Assembly: GCA_949738465.1 (NCBI GenBank)
Contig: CATJBQ010000110.1
Span: 22,608 to 86,607 of the forward strand
From: an uncultured Lachnospiraceae bacterium
GTDB taxonomy: Bacteria > Bacillota > Clostridia > Lachnospirales > Lachnospiraceae
Direction of reading: 5' to 3'
DNA: 64,000 nt
In this document: positions 54,606-63,461 of the stretch, one piece after another
Layout of the letters: each line of letters starts with the position of its first letter
Position numbering within the stretch: position 1 is the stretch's first letter
Notes under the pieces: generated by a model
What the model was told of the DNA's origin: nothing
Database searches by the model: none
Seen by the model: only the letters and a program-made list of their open reading frames with translations
Translations under genes and position numbers: made by a program

Positions 54606-56880
54606 ATTGAAGAAACGATTTCAGAATAAATATGTGATCCGCGTGGCGGCTGGCGTGCTGACCATCGCCCTGCTTGGGGGCGGCCTGGGAGTATATTCCC
54701 AGAAGGCTCAGGCGGAGGAAGAAAAAAATCCCCAGGAGACCCAGGTTCTTGCAGATGAAGCGCAGGAGGATGAGGAGGAAATCCTCAAAAAGACCCTTTC
54801 CCGACAGGTTTCCTCCGGCACCATCACGGCAGGAAAAGAGGAGACGGTCTATGTGGTGGCGGGTGCCAATGGAAAAACAAAGGAGGTAATTGTCAGCGAG
54901 TGGTTGAAAAATCCCCAGGGGAAGGATACCTTGGAGGATGCTTCGGACTTGAAGGACATTGAAAACGTCAAGGGAAATGAGACATTTTCACAGAAAGAGG
55001 ACGGGACGCTTACCTGGCAGGCCCATGGAGCAGATATTTACTACCAGGGAACCACCGAGAAGGAGCTGCCGGTGGACCTGACCGTCAGCTACCGGCTGGA
55101 CGGAAAGGAGATTTCGCCAGAGGATCTGGCGGGAAAGAGCGGAAAGGTGTCCATCCGGATGGATTATACCAACAAGGAGCAGGTCCAGGCAGACGTCAAC
55201 GGAAAAAAAGAGAATATAAGCGTGCCCTTCACCGCCATCAGCGGAATGATGCTGTCGGATCATTTCAGCAATGTGGAGGTGACAAATGGAAAGGTGATCT
55301 CCGATGGCAAGAACCAGATTGTCATTGGCGTGGCCATGCCGGGCCTTGCAGACAGCCTGAAAACGGAGGACACGGATCTGGACACGGATCTTGAGATTCC
55401 TTCCTATGTGGAGGTGACGGCGGATGTGGAGGATTTTTCCCTGGGTATGACCATGACCATGCTCATGAGCGATGTGCTTTCCGATCTGGATCTGGAGGAA
55501 AGCCTGGATCTGTCGGAGCTTTCGGAGGCCATTGACACCTTGTCGGACGCTTCCGGACAGCTTCGGGACGGAAGCGGGGAGCTGAAAGAAGGAACCGGCA
55601 CGCTGGCGGACAAATCCCAGGATCTGAATGCCGGGGCGGCACAGTTGGCCCAGGGCATCACGGCCTATACGGACGGCGTGTCCCAGGTAGCCGGCGGAGT
55701 CCGCACCCTGCAGGAAAAATCGGGCGCTCTGGGAAGCGGAGCCACAGAGCTTCATAACGGCATCGATACCATTGCCGACAGCTTTACCAGCCAGCAGGGC
55801 CTGCTGGACGGAAGCGACAGCCTCAAGGAGGGAGCCACCCAGGTAAGCCAGGGAGCCGACGCCCTGTACGCAGGCGTGCAGGGGCTTACCCAGTCCTTAA
55901 GCGTGCCCCTGTCCCAGGAACAGAAAGGGGCGATGCAGCAGCAGGCCAGAGATGCGGTAGATGATACCTTCGCAAACGGCGGCGCGGCAGAGATCAAGAA
56001 ACAGTTTACTGACAATGAACAGGTAAGGCAGCTTACGGCTGCGCTGGTGGAAGCCCAGTATCAGCAGAAGGCTGCGGAGATTTACAGCCAGTTGCCGGCC
56101 ATTGATCCAGCTTTAAAGACGGCGGTGGACAACGCAGTGAATGGAGGAGCGTCTTTGACGGATGCAATCGAATCAGTGGTTTGGCCATATGTTAAATCTG
56201 GATATAACAATATGCCTACCCTCCGGGCAGCCGTGGAGGCAGGGGTGGCTTCCCAGATGGATACCCTTCTGGATGGGATTGTGGGGGCCTGCCGGGAGTC
56301 CGCGCAGCAAGCCGCAGAGCAGGCCGTGGTTTCCGGGGCCGAAGGGGCCAAGGGCCAGATCGCGGCCCAGCTTGACCAGGCAAAGCTTACGGAAAACGTG
56401 GGAGCCCTGGCCGATGGAGCGAAGCAGGTCAGCGACGGTGCAGGCCGGCTGTCCACGGGAGTCCATACCCTCTATGAGGACGGGATCCGTCCGATGCAGA
56501 GCGGCATTCAGGGGCTTTTCGGCAGCGTTCCCACCCTCCTGGACGGCATCAATACCCTGAGCAATGGGAGCAGCACCCTTGCGAAGAACTCCGGCCAGCT
56601 AAACAGCGGGGCGACTGCCCTGAAGAAGGGAACCGATGCGCTGATCGACGGCGTGAAGGAACTGGATGAAGGGGCAGAAACCCTGAAGGAAGGTATGGAG
56701 GAATTTGACCAGGACGGGATCCAGAAGCTGACGGATACCTATCACGGGGAGATCCAGAGCCTGATGGACCGGATTTGCGCGGTGACGGAGGCCGGAAAAG
56801 CCTATCAGACCTTCACAAAGCTTCCCCAGGATATGGATGGAACCGTGAAATTCATTATCCGTACGGAAGGCGTGGAGTAG
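54592..56880 (+). CDS. YhgE/Pip-domain protein: N-terminal anchor and long repeat-rich ectodomain, no C-terminal TM bundle
   Basis: A single N-terminal TM and a beta-rich domain are followed by ~450 aa of heptad-like L..G/Q repeats (LRDGSGELKEGTGTLADKSQDLNAGAAQLAQG...). Overlaps the MMPL gene end by 14 nt. Confidence 0.75.
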   Translation: MKLCELKKRFQNKYVIRVAAGVLTIALLGGGLGVYSQKAQAEEEKNPQETQVLADEAQEDEEEILKKTLSRQVSSGTITAGKEETVYVVAGANGKTKEVIVSEWLKNPQGKDTLEDASDLKDIENVKGNETFSQKEDGTLTWQAHGADIYYQGTTEKELPVDLTVSYRLDGKEISPEDLAGKSGKVSIRMDYTNKEQVQADVNGKKENISVPFTAISGMMLSDHFSNVEVTNGKVISDGKNQIVIGVAMPGLADSLKTEDTDLDTDLEIPSYVEVTADVEDFSLGMTMTMLMSDVLSDLDLEESLDLSELSEAIDTLSDASGQLRDGSGELKEGTGTLADKSQDLNAGAAQLAQGITAYTDGVSQVAGGVRTLQEKSGALGSGATELHNGIDTIADSFTSQQGLLDGSDSLKEGATQVSQGADALYAGVQGLTQSLSVPLSQEQKGAMQQQARDAVDDTFANGGAAEIKKQFTDNEQVRQLTAALVEAQYQQKAAEIYSQLPAIDPALKTAVDNAVNGGASLTDAIESVVWPYVKSGYNNMPTLRAAVEAGVASQMDTLLDGIVGACRESAQQAAEQAVVSGAEGAKGQIAAQLDQAKLTENVGALADGAKQVSDGAGRLSTGVHTLYEDGIRPMQSGIQGLFGSVPTLLDGINTLSNGSSTLAKNSGQLNSGATALKKGTDALIDGVKELDEGAETLKEGMEEFDQDGIQKLTDTYHGEIQSLMDRICAVTEAGKAYQTFTKLPQDMDGTVKFIIRTEGVE

Positions 56881-56963
56881 ACGCGCAGAAGGAACAGCCC
56901 GCAGGCGGGGCGGAAGAAAATGCCGGGCAGCCGGGGCGAAAAATAGAGAAGGCGGGGGAGCGT

Positions 56964-57536
56964 ATGAGCTGGATTGAGGAAATTTTGATTATTTGCGGGA
57001 TATCCCTGGATATCTTTGGAACAATGGCCGGTAGGGGGGCCGTGGCGGCCAGGCTGGAGCCGCGGCGTCTGGCCGGGCTGTGCGGCCTGGCCGCCCTCTG
57101 GCAGCCGGCGGCGCTGGGCCTGGGAGCGCTTCTGTCGGAGCTTCTCCAGCTCCATCATAAGATCGGGCACGGAACTCTTCTGGGCCAGGTGATTGCCGCC
57201 CTCATCTTCTTCGGCCTGGCAGTCCGCCTTTTGCGGAAGGCCTGGAAAAATGAGAATGTTGTGGAACGGCGGGAGGACCATCCCCAGTGGAAGCGGATCA
57301 TCCTGCAGCTTGCAGCCGCCAGCTTTTATACCCTGCTGGCGGGGGTGGCCTTCGGATTCGTGGGCTTCAATCTGAAGGCGATCCTCATTATGATGCTTTG
57401 TGTCAGCGTGGCCGTAGTGCTGCTGGGGATGTATACCGGCTACCGGCTGGGGTTTGCCCACCGGTTTTCTGTTTACGTGACAGGCGGAGTACTGCTGGTA
57501 ATTGCCGGGGTCGATGTGGTGCTGCGGATGGTGTGA
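56964..57536 (+). CDS. MntP/YtaF (DUF204) family membrane protein
   Basis: 190 aa with 6 TMs and an N-terminal ICGISLDIFGTMAG (SLDxF-type motif). Confidence 0.55.
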   Translation: MSWIEEILIICGISLDIFGTMAGRGAVAARLEPRRLAGLCGLAALWQPAALGLGALLSELLQLHHKIGHGTLLGQVIAALIFFGLAVRLLRKAWKNENVVERREDHPQWKRIILQLAAASFYTLLAGVAFGFVGFNLKAILIMMLCVSVAVVLLGMYTGYRLGFAHRFSVYVTGGVLLVIAGVDVVLRMV

Positions 57537-57641
57537 AAAAAGAACGCATACCGTTTGAAATTTGCTGTTTCCAGAAACCGGGATCTCTGCTATAATCGGA
57601 TTATAGGTGAGAAGGACTAAATTTTATGGAGGATACAGATT

Positions 57642-58485
57642 ATGGCGAAGAAGATTCTGATGGTTGGCAAATTTGATATGAAATTGGAAGGGTATTCTGT
57701 GGTTGGAAAGGCGCTTGATGGAAAGGGGTGCTATAAGTCTGGTATGTGATTCTGACATGCAAAAGCCCGATCTCGCAATCATAGAATATAAGCTTCCCGA
57801 TATGGACGGGTTGGCTGTGGCCGGGAAACTAATGCAGATCAGACCCTCCATTGCCGTGCTTTTGTATGGCATTGACAGGCGTGCCCCGGAGTACTGTAAG
57901 GTAGAGAAAAAAGCCCGCGAGCTTGGGATACGCGGGATCCTCCGGTTTCCATTCTTTTCTAAGGTTGTACCGGGTGCAGTGGAAGCAGCGTTGAAGAATC
58001 CGCCGTTTTCCAAATCGGAATGTCAGGTTTTTGGCGGAATAGAAGGAGACGTGATACGGCGTTCAACGCCGGATGAGCTGGTGAAACTGTTCAAAAGAGA
58101 AAATAGAACCCCCAAAAACCACATTTTACTGGCAGATTCCTCCCCGTTTCTGCAAAAAACGATGAGTGCTTACCTTGGGAAAGCAGGCTACAAGATCATC
58201 GGAATCGCTCCGGCAGAACAGGAATGCCTGCAGATGATCTTGGAGAATCGCCCGGACATGGTGATTTTAGATTATATGGAGGAAAAGGACAACCGTCTGG
58301 AGCTTGTCCGAAAGATCCGGAAGGTCGACCCCTTCATCCATATTGTGGTCCGCATTGACAGGCAGAAATACCCGGATATAGAGAAGATGGCAGCACTAGC
58401 TGTGAGTGCAGGCGCTACGGGAGCTTTCTTCAGTCCCTTTGAGCAGGAATGCTTGCTGGCTGAGGTAGAAAGACTGCTCGGCTGA
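57642..58485 (+). CDS. tandem receiver-domain protein with no output domain; apparent +1 frameshift at 57725-57730 in the first receiver
   Basis: ATG 57642 gives MAKKILMVGKFDMKLEGYSVVGKALDGKG, then reaches a stop at 57747. The next frame continues AISLVCDSDMQKPDLAIIEYKLPDMDGLAVAGKL.... The second receiver (HILLADSS...MVILDY...) is regular. Confidence 0.6.
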
Positions 58486-58488
58486 AGG

Positions 58489-58557
58489 TTGGGCTTCCCG
58501 GCAAATGGGGTTTTGCCATGCACCATCTGGCAAAGCCCCATTTGCCAGCCAGCCCAA
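58489..58557 (+). terminator. long imperfect palindrome (7 bp + internal loop + 18 bp stem) right after the receiver gene stop
   Basis: ttgggct tccc ggcaaatggggttttgcc - atgcaccatct - ggcaaagccccatttgcc agcc agcccaa. Only a weak T-run follows (aacatttt), so a terminator function is uncertain. Confidence 0.4.
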
Positions 58558-58690
58558 AACATTTTGCAGGGAACAAAATCATAAAAAAATTACCTGGATT
58601 CCAAAAAAAGTACAAACTGCCCTCCTCATTTCTTCTATACTAAAACTAACACAGCGCCAAGGCGCAAAAGGATGAAGGAGGATACTACAA

Positions 58691-59326
58691 ATGGCAGAGA
58701 TTCATGAGATCAGCGAATTTTTACAGAAGGGCCGCGCAAAGAACGTGAAGGCATTGGTGCAGGAGGCCATCGATGAGGGCAAGGATCCCAAGGAGATCTT
58801 AAACGACGGTCTTCTGGCCGGTATGATGGTAATCGGCGAGAAGTTCAAGAACAACGAGGTATTTGTGCCTGAGGTTCTGGTGGCTGCCAGGGCGTTGAAC
58901 GCCGGACTTGCCATCTTGGAGCCCAAGCTGATCGAGGTCGGCAACGAGCCGGTGGGCAAGGTGGTAATCGGAACCGTCAAGGGCGACCTGCACGACATCG
59001 GCAAGAACCTGGTGGCGATGATGATGAAGGGCGTAGGCTTTGAGGTGATCGATGTGGGCGTGGACGTAGAGCCGGCTGCCTTTATCGACAAGGCGGAGGA
59101 GACCGGGGCCAACATCATTGCCATGTCCGCGCTTCTGACCACAACCATGCCCAGCATGCAGGCCGTCATCGACGAGCTTTCCAGCCGGGGACTGAGAGAC
59201 AAGTACATCGTTATGGTAGGCGGGGCTCCTGTGAACCAGAGCTTTGCGGATCAGATCGGGGCAGATTACTATACGCCGGATGCGGCGACTGCGGCAGAGG
59301 TGGCCAGGGAAGCTGTTTCCAAGTAA
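58691..59326 (+). CDS. corrinoid (cobalamin-binding) protein, MtaC/MtbC/MttC type
   Basis: 211 aa with an N-terminal helical cap followed by a Rossmann B12 domain carrying the DxHxxG signature (GTVKGDLHDIGKNLV) and ...MSALLTTTM...VMVGGAPV. Confidence 0.9.
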   Translation: MAEIHEISEFLQKGRAKNVKALVQEAIDEGKDPKEILNDGLLAGMMVIGEKFKNNEVFVPEVLVAARALNAGLAILEPKLIEVGNEPVGKVVIGTVKGDLHDIGKNLVAMMMKGVGFEVIDVGVDVEPAAFIDKAEETGANIIAMSALLTTTMPSMQAVIDELSSRGLRDKYIVMVGGAPVNQSFADQIGADYYTPDAATAAEVAREAVSK

Positions 59327-59360
59327 GACTTGTTTTTGGAAATCTAAAATTTTTACCAAT

Positions 59361-59400
59361 AAGCCATGGTATTTCAAGAGAAATACCGTGGCTTTTGTTG
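59361..59400 (+). terminator. intrinsic terminator after corrinoid protein 1
   Basis: 15-bp stem aagccatggtatttc/gaaataccgtggctt (one G:U pair) followed by ttttgttg. Confidence 0.7.
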
Positions 59401-59475
59401 TATACTGACGGTAGAACGCTTGCCGGACGAAGAACGGGTGTGTTATACTGAAAAAAGGCAGAAGGGAGCAGGAAG

Positions 59476-61053
59476 ATGGAGATTGAAGTAATCAGAAAGG
59501 GTCAACAGACCAGAATCACAGGAAGGGAGCAGGTAAGCCTTTTAGAGCTGCTGCGGGAGGCGGAGATCTATATCAGCGCAGCCTGCGGCGGTCAGGGAAA
59601 ATGCGGAAAATGCGCGGTGCGGATGTTATCCGGCGCCACGGAGGCCACAGAGGCCGACCGCCGTTTTTTTGATGAGCAGGAGATTTCGGAGGGCTGGCGG
59701 CTGGCATGTCTTTCCTACCCCCGAGAGGATTGCCGGATTCAGATTGTTTCCGACGACGAATCGGAATTTGAAGTGGTGTCGGAGCATGAGGAGGTGCGTC
59801 CGGAGGCGGAGACAATGACGGGAGAATGCGCCATTGCCATCGATATCGGAACCACCACCCTGGCCATCCAGCTTGTGGAGCGCATGGGGGGGCGGATCCT
59901 GCATACGGTGACCGGGATCAATCACCAGCGCGCTTACGGCGCCGATGTGATCTCAAGGATCCAGGCGTCCAACGAGGGAAAGGGTGCGGAGCTTACCGGG
60001 AGTATCCGCCAGGATCTGTATCAGGGCATTGGAAGGCTCCTGGCGGAGTATCCGGTGGAACCGGAGCAGATCGGGGCCGTCGCCATTGCCGGCAACACCA
60101 CCATGGGCCATCTTCTGATGGGCTATTCCTGCGAGACCCTGGGCGTCTATCCCTTTACCCCGGTGGAGATCGGGACGGTTAAGAGCAGCTTTACGGAGCT
60201 GTTTGCCGCCTGTTTAAAAGAGGAGACGGACGTCCGGATGAGGAGCATCCGGGCGGAGGTGACGCTGCTTCCGGGCATATCCACCTATGTGGGGGCGGAC
60301 ATTGCCGCCGGCCTTTTAAGCTGCGGATTCGACCGGAGGGAGGAACCCTGTATCCTCATTGATCTTGGCACCAACGGCGAGATGGCCATTGGAAATAAGG
60401 ACCGGATCCTGGTGACCTCCACGGCGGCGGGGCCGGCCTTCGAGGGCGGCAATATTTCCTGCGGTATGGGCAGTGTGCCGGGGGCCATCTGCAAGGTGAA
60501 GATCCGGGGAGGAGAGCCGGAGGTGACCACCATTGGGGATAAACCGCCGATAGGGCTGTGCGGCACCGGCGTGATCGAGACCGTGTGTGAATTGCTGGAG
60601 CAGGAGCTGATCGACGAGACCGGGATGCTGGAGGAGGATTATTTTGACGACGGGTATGAGCTGGCCAGGACGGCGGAGGGAGAACCTATCGTGTTTACCC
60701 AGAAGGATGTCCGGGAGATCCAACTGGCCAAGTCGGCGGTGCGGGCCGGCGTGGAGACGCTGATGCTGCGCTATGGCGCGACGGTAGATGACATATGTCA
60801 TGTTTACCTGGCAGGGGGCTTCGGCTACAAGATCGATCTTGCCAAGACCATCGGCATCGGGATGCTGCCGGAAGCCTTTGCCGGGAAGACTACGGCGGTA
60901 GGCAACAGCTCCCTGGGAGGGGCGGTGGAATATTTGTCCCAGGCGGGGGCCAGGCAGCGTCTTCTGGAAATTGTGGAGCGTTCTACGGAGATTGAGCTGT
61001 CCACGGATAAGGATTTTAATCGGTTTTACACGGATTACATGTTTTTTGAATAG
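59476..61053 (+). CDS. RACo/RamA-like reductive activator of corrinoid proteins (2Fe-2S ferredoxin + ASKHA/DUF4445 ATPase)
   Basis: The N-terminal plant-type ferredoxin motif is CGGQGKCGKC...LAC. The body carries ASKHA phosphate motifs (AIDIGTTTLA, LIDLGTNGEMA, LAGGFG). Confidence 0.85.
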   Translation: MEIEVIRKGQQTRITGREQVSLLELLREAEIYISAACGGQGKCGKCAVRMLSGATEATEADRRFFDEQEISEGWRLACLSYPREDCRIQIVSDDESEFEVVSEHEEVRPEAETMTGECAIAIDIGTTTLAIQLVERMGGRILHTVTGINHQRAYGADVISRIQASNEGKGAELTGSIRQDLYQGIGRLLAEYPVEPEQIGAVAIAGNTTMGHLLMGYSCETLGVYPFTPVEIGTVKSSFTELFAACLKEETDVRMRSIRAEVTLLPGISTYVGADIAAGLLSCGFDRREEPCILIDLGTNGEMAIGNKDRILVTSTAAGPAFEGGNISCGMGSVPGAICKVKIRGGEPEVTTIGDKPPIGLCGTGVIETVCELLEQELIDETGMLEEDYFDDGYELARTAEGEPIVFTQKDVREIQLAKSAVRAGVETLMLRYGATVDDICHVYLAGGFGYKIDLAKTIGIGMLPEAFAGKTTAVGNSSLGGAVEYLSQAGARQRLLEIVERSTEIELSTDKDFNRFYTDYMFFE

Positions 61054-61062
61054 AGGGACGTC

Positions 61063-61710
61063 ATGACAGTGTTGGAGCAGATCATTGAGGCCATCCAGAG
61101 CGGAAAGCGCAGGCAGTTGAAGGTGCTGATTGAGGATGCCATGGAGGAAGGGATAGCGGCGGAGCAGATTTTGAACGAGGGCTTTCTTCCTGCCATGGAG
61201 AATGTCAGCAGAAAATACCACATGGAGCAGTTTTACGTGCCGGAGGTAATCCTGGCGTCCCAGGCCATGCAGGTGGGGACCACCATCTTAGAGGAGTACA
61301 TGGGCGGCCGGAAGCTGCCTGTGATTGGCCGGGCGGTGATCGGGACCGTAAAGGGGGATCTCCACAACATTGGGAAAAACATTGTGATTATGATGATGCG
61401 CGGCGCAGGCTTTGAGGTGCTGGACTTAGGGTATGATGTGGCGGCGGATACCTTTATCCGGAAAGCCCAGGAGTTTGAGGCGGATATCATCTGTATGTCC
61501 GCCATGCTGACCACCACCATGGTGGAGATGAAAAAGGTCATCGGCAAGCTGGTTAATAAAGGGCTTAGGGACCGGTATGTGGTCATGGTGGGGGGCGCGC
61601 CGGTGACGGAAGCCTTTGCCGCCGCCATCGGGGCCGATCTCTATACCCAGGATGCGGGAAGCGCTGCAAAAATGGCCCGGGAGGCGTTGAAAGAGAGGGG
61701 GAAGCTATGA
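61063..61710 (+). CDS. second corrinoid (cobalamin-binding) protein
   Basis: 215 aa with the same architecture as the first copy and signature GTVKGDLHNIGKNIV. It is a clear paralogue of 58691-59326; identity was not computed. Confidence 0.9.
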   Translation: MTVLEQIIEAIQSGKRRQLKVLIEDAMEEGIAAEQILNEGFLPAMENVSRKYHMEQFYVPEVILASQAMQVGTTILEEYMGGRKLPVIGRAVIGTVKGDLHNIGKNIVIMMMRGAGFEVLDLGYDVAADTFIRKAQEFEADIICMSAMLTTTMVEMKKVIGKLVNKGLRDRYVVMVGGAPVTEAFAAAIGADLYTQDAGSAAKMAREALKERGKL

Positions 61711-63461
61711 AGATTTTATTGACGGCGGTCAATGCAAAATATATTCATTCCAATCTGGCGCTTTACAGTCTGCGGGCCTATGCCCGGGAATTTGCCCAGT
61801 ACCTGTCGACGGCGGAATTTACCATCAATCAGCCGCTGGATTTTGTGATGCAAAAGATTTACAGGCAGAGGCCGGATGTGCTCTGCTTTTCCTGTTATAT
61901 CTGGAATATTTCCTTTGTGGAAGCGCTGAGCCGGGAGCTTCATAAGCTTTTGCCCGACGTGCCGATCTGGTTGGGCGGCCCGGAGGTATCCTATGAGAGC
62001 GAAGCATTTTTGAAAAAGCATCCCCAGATTACCGGAGTGATCCGGGGAGAGGGGGAGGAAGCCTTCCGGCGGCTGTGCCGTTCTTATGTGAAGGGGGACA
62101 TGGACCTTCGGGAGATTCCGGGGGTCCTGTTCCGGGAAAAGGGAGAGCGGGCTCCGGAGAATTACTGCCTGATGCCGCCGGGGGAGCCGCTGCCCATGGA
62201 CCGGCTGCCCTTCTGCTACGGGGAACCGGAGATGGAGCTTTCGGAGCTGGAAAACCGGATCGTCTATTATGAATCCAGCCGGGGCTGTCCGTTCCAGTGC
62301 AGCTACTGCCTGTCCTCCCTGGATAAAAAGCTGCGGTTCCGGAGCCTGTCACTGGTGAAGGACGAACTCCAGTTCTTTTTGGACAGGAAGGTGCGCCAGG
62401 TGAAATTCGTGGACCGGACCTTCAACTGTAACCATGAACATGCCATGGCGGTCTGGCAGTACCTTCTGGAGCATGACAACGGCGTGACAAATTTTCACTT
62501 TGAAATATCCGCGGATCTTCTGAAGGAGGAGGAGCTGGAATTGCTGGGACGGATGCGCCCGGGTCTTGTGCAGTTGGAAATCGGGGTGCAGACCACCAAT
62601 CCGGATACCATCGGCGAGATCCGCCGGACCATGGACTTTGGGCGGCTGTCTGCGGCGGTTTTGGCCATCCAAAGGGCCGGCAACATCCACCAGCATCTGG
62701 ATCTGATTGCCGGGCTTCCCCTGGAGGATTACCACAGCTTCCGGCTGTCCTTTGACGCGGTTTACGGCCTGCATCCACAGCAGCTTCAATTGGGTTTTCT
62801 GAAGGTACTGAAAGGCTCTTATCTCTATGAAAACCGTGGAAGATATGGCATACTCTGCCATGACAGTCCGCCCTACGAGGTGCTCTCTACCAGGTGGCTC
62901 TCCTACGAAGAACTGCAGAGGATCAAGCTGGTGGAGGAGATGCTTGAAGTGTACGGAAACAGCGGCCAGTATGAGATCGCCATAGGGCTGCTGGAGACGG
63001 AATACGACAGTCCGTTTCAGATGTTTCTGGAACTGGGAGAATTTTATGAAAAAAGGGAGCTGCGCGGGCGGAACCATTCCCGGATGGGACGGTGTGAGAT
63101 CCTGCTGGATTTCCTGGAAGAAAAGAGAAGCGGCTGCGGCCCGGAGGAGGCGTTTGACCCAGAGCTCTATCGGGAGGCGTTGACCTTTGATCTGTATTAC
63201 CGGGAAAATATGAAGAGCCGTCCGGCCTGGGCTATGGATCCGGGGCTCTTTAAGGAGCAGGCCCGGGGACTGCTGAAAAAGGGGGAGAACGCCCATCTGG
63301 AGCCTTTATATTATGATTTTTCCGGGTGGCTTGACAAAAAGGACGTCCGGCCTAAGCGGCAGGAGCAGTGGCGGTTTTACCGGTTTTCCTATGATAAGCG
63401 GGATCCTCTGACCCATCAGGCCAGGGTGGAGGAGGTAAGGAATGAGGGGGAAGGAGTATGA
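61707..63461 (+). CDS. B12-binding-domain radical SAM protein of the DUF4080 type
   Basis: The N-terminus MKILLTAVNAKYIHSNLALYSLRAY is the B12-binding-like domain. The radical SAM cluster motif is SRGCPFQCSYC, followed by a long C-terminal helical domain. ATGA overlap with the corrinoid gene. Confidence 0.85.
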   Translation: MKILLTAVNAKYIHSNLALYSLRAYAREFAQYLSTAEFTINQPLDFVMQKIYRQRPDVLCFSCYIWNISFVEALSRELHKLLPDVPIWLGGPEVSYESEAFLKKHPQITGVIRGEGEEAFRRLCRSYVKGDMDLREIPGVLFREKGERAPENYCLMPPGEPLPMDRLPFCYGEPEMELSELENRIVYYESSRGCPFQCSYCLSSLDKKLRFRSLSLVKDELQFFLDRKVRQVKFVDRTFNCNHEHAMAVWQYLLEHDNGVTNFHFEISADLLKEEELELLGRMRPGLVQLEIGVQTTNPDTIGEIRRTMDFGRLSAAVLAIQRAGNIHQHLDLIAGLPLEDYHSFRLSFDAVYGLHPQQLQLGFLKVLKGSYLYENRGRYGILCHDSPPYEVLSTRWLSYEELQRIKLVEEMLEVYGNSGQYEIAIGLLETEYDSPFQMFLELGEFYEKRELRGRNHSRMGRCEILLDFLEEKRSGCGPEEAFDPELYREALTFDLYYRENMKSRPAWAMDPGLFKEQARGLLKKGENAHLEPLYYDFSGWLDKKDVRPKRQEQWRFYRFSYDKRDPLTHQARVEEVRNEGEGV

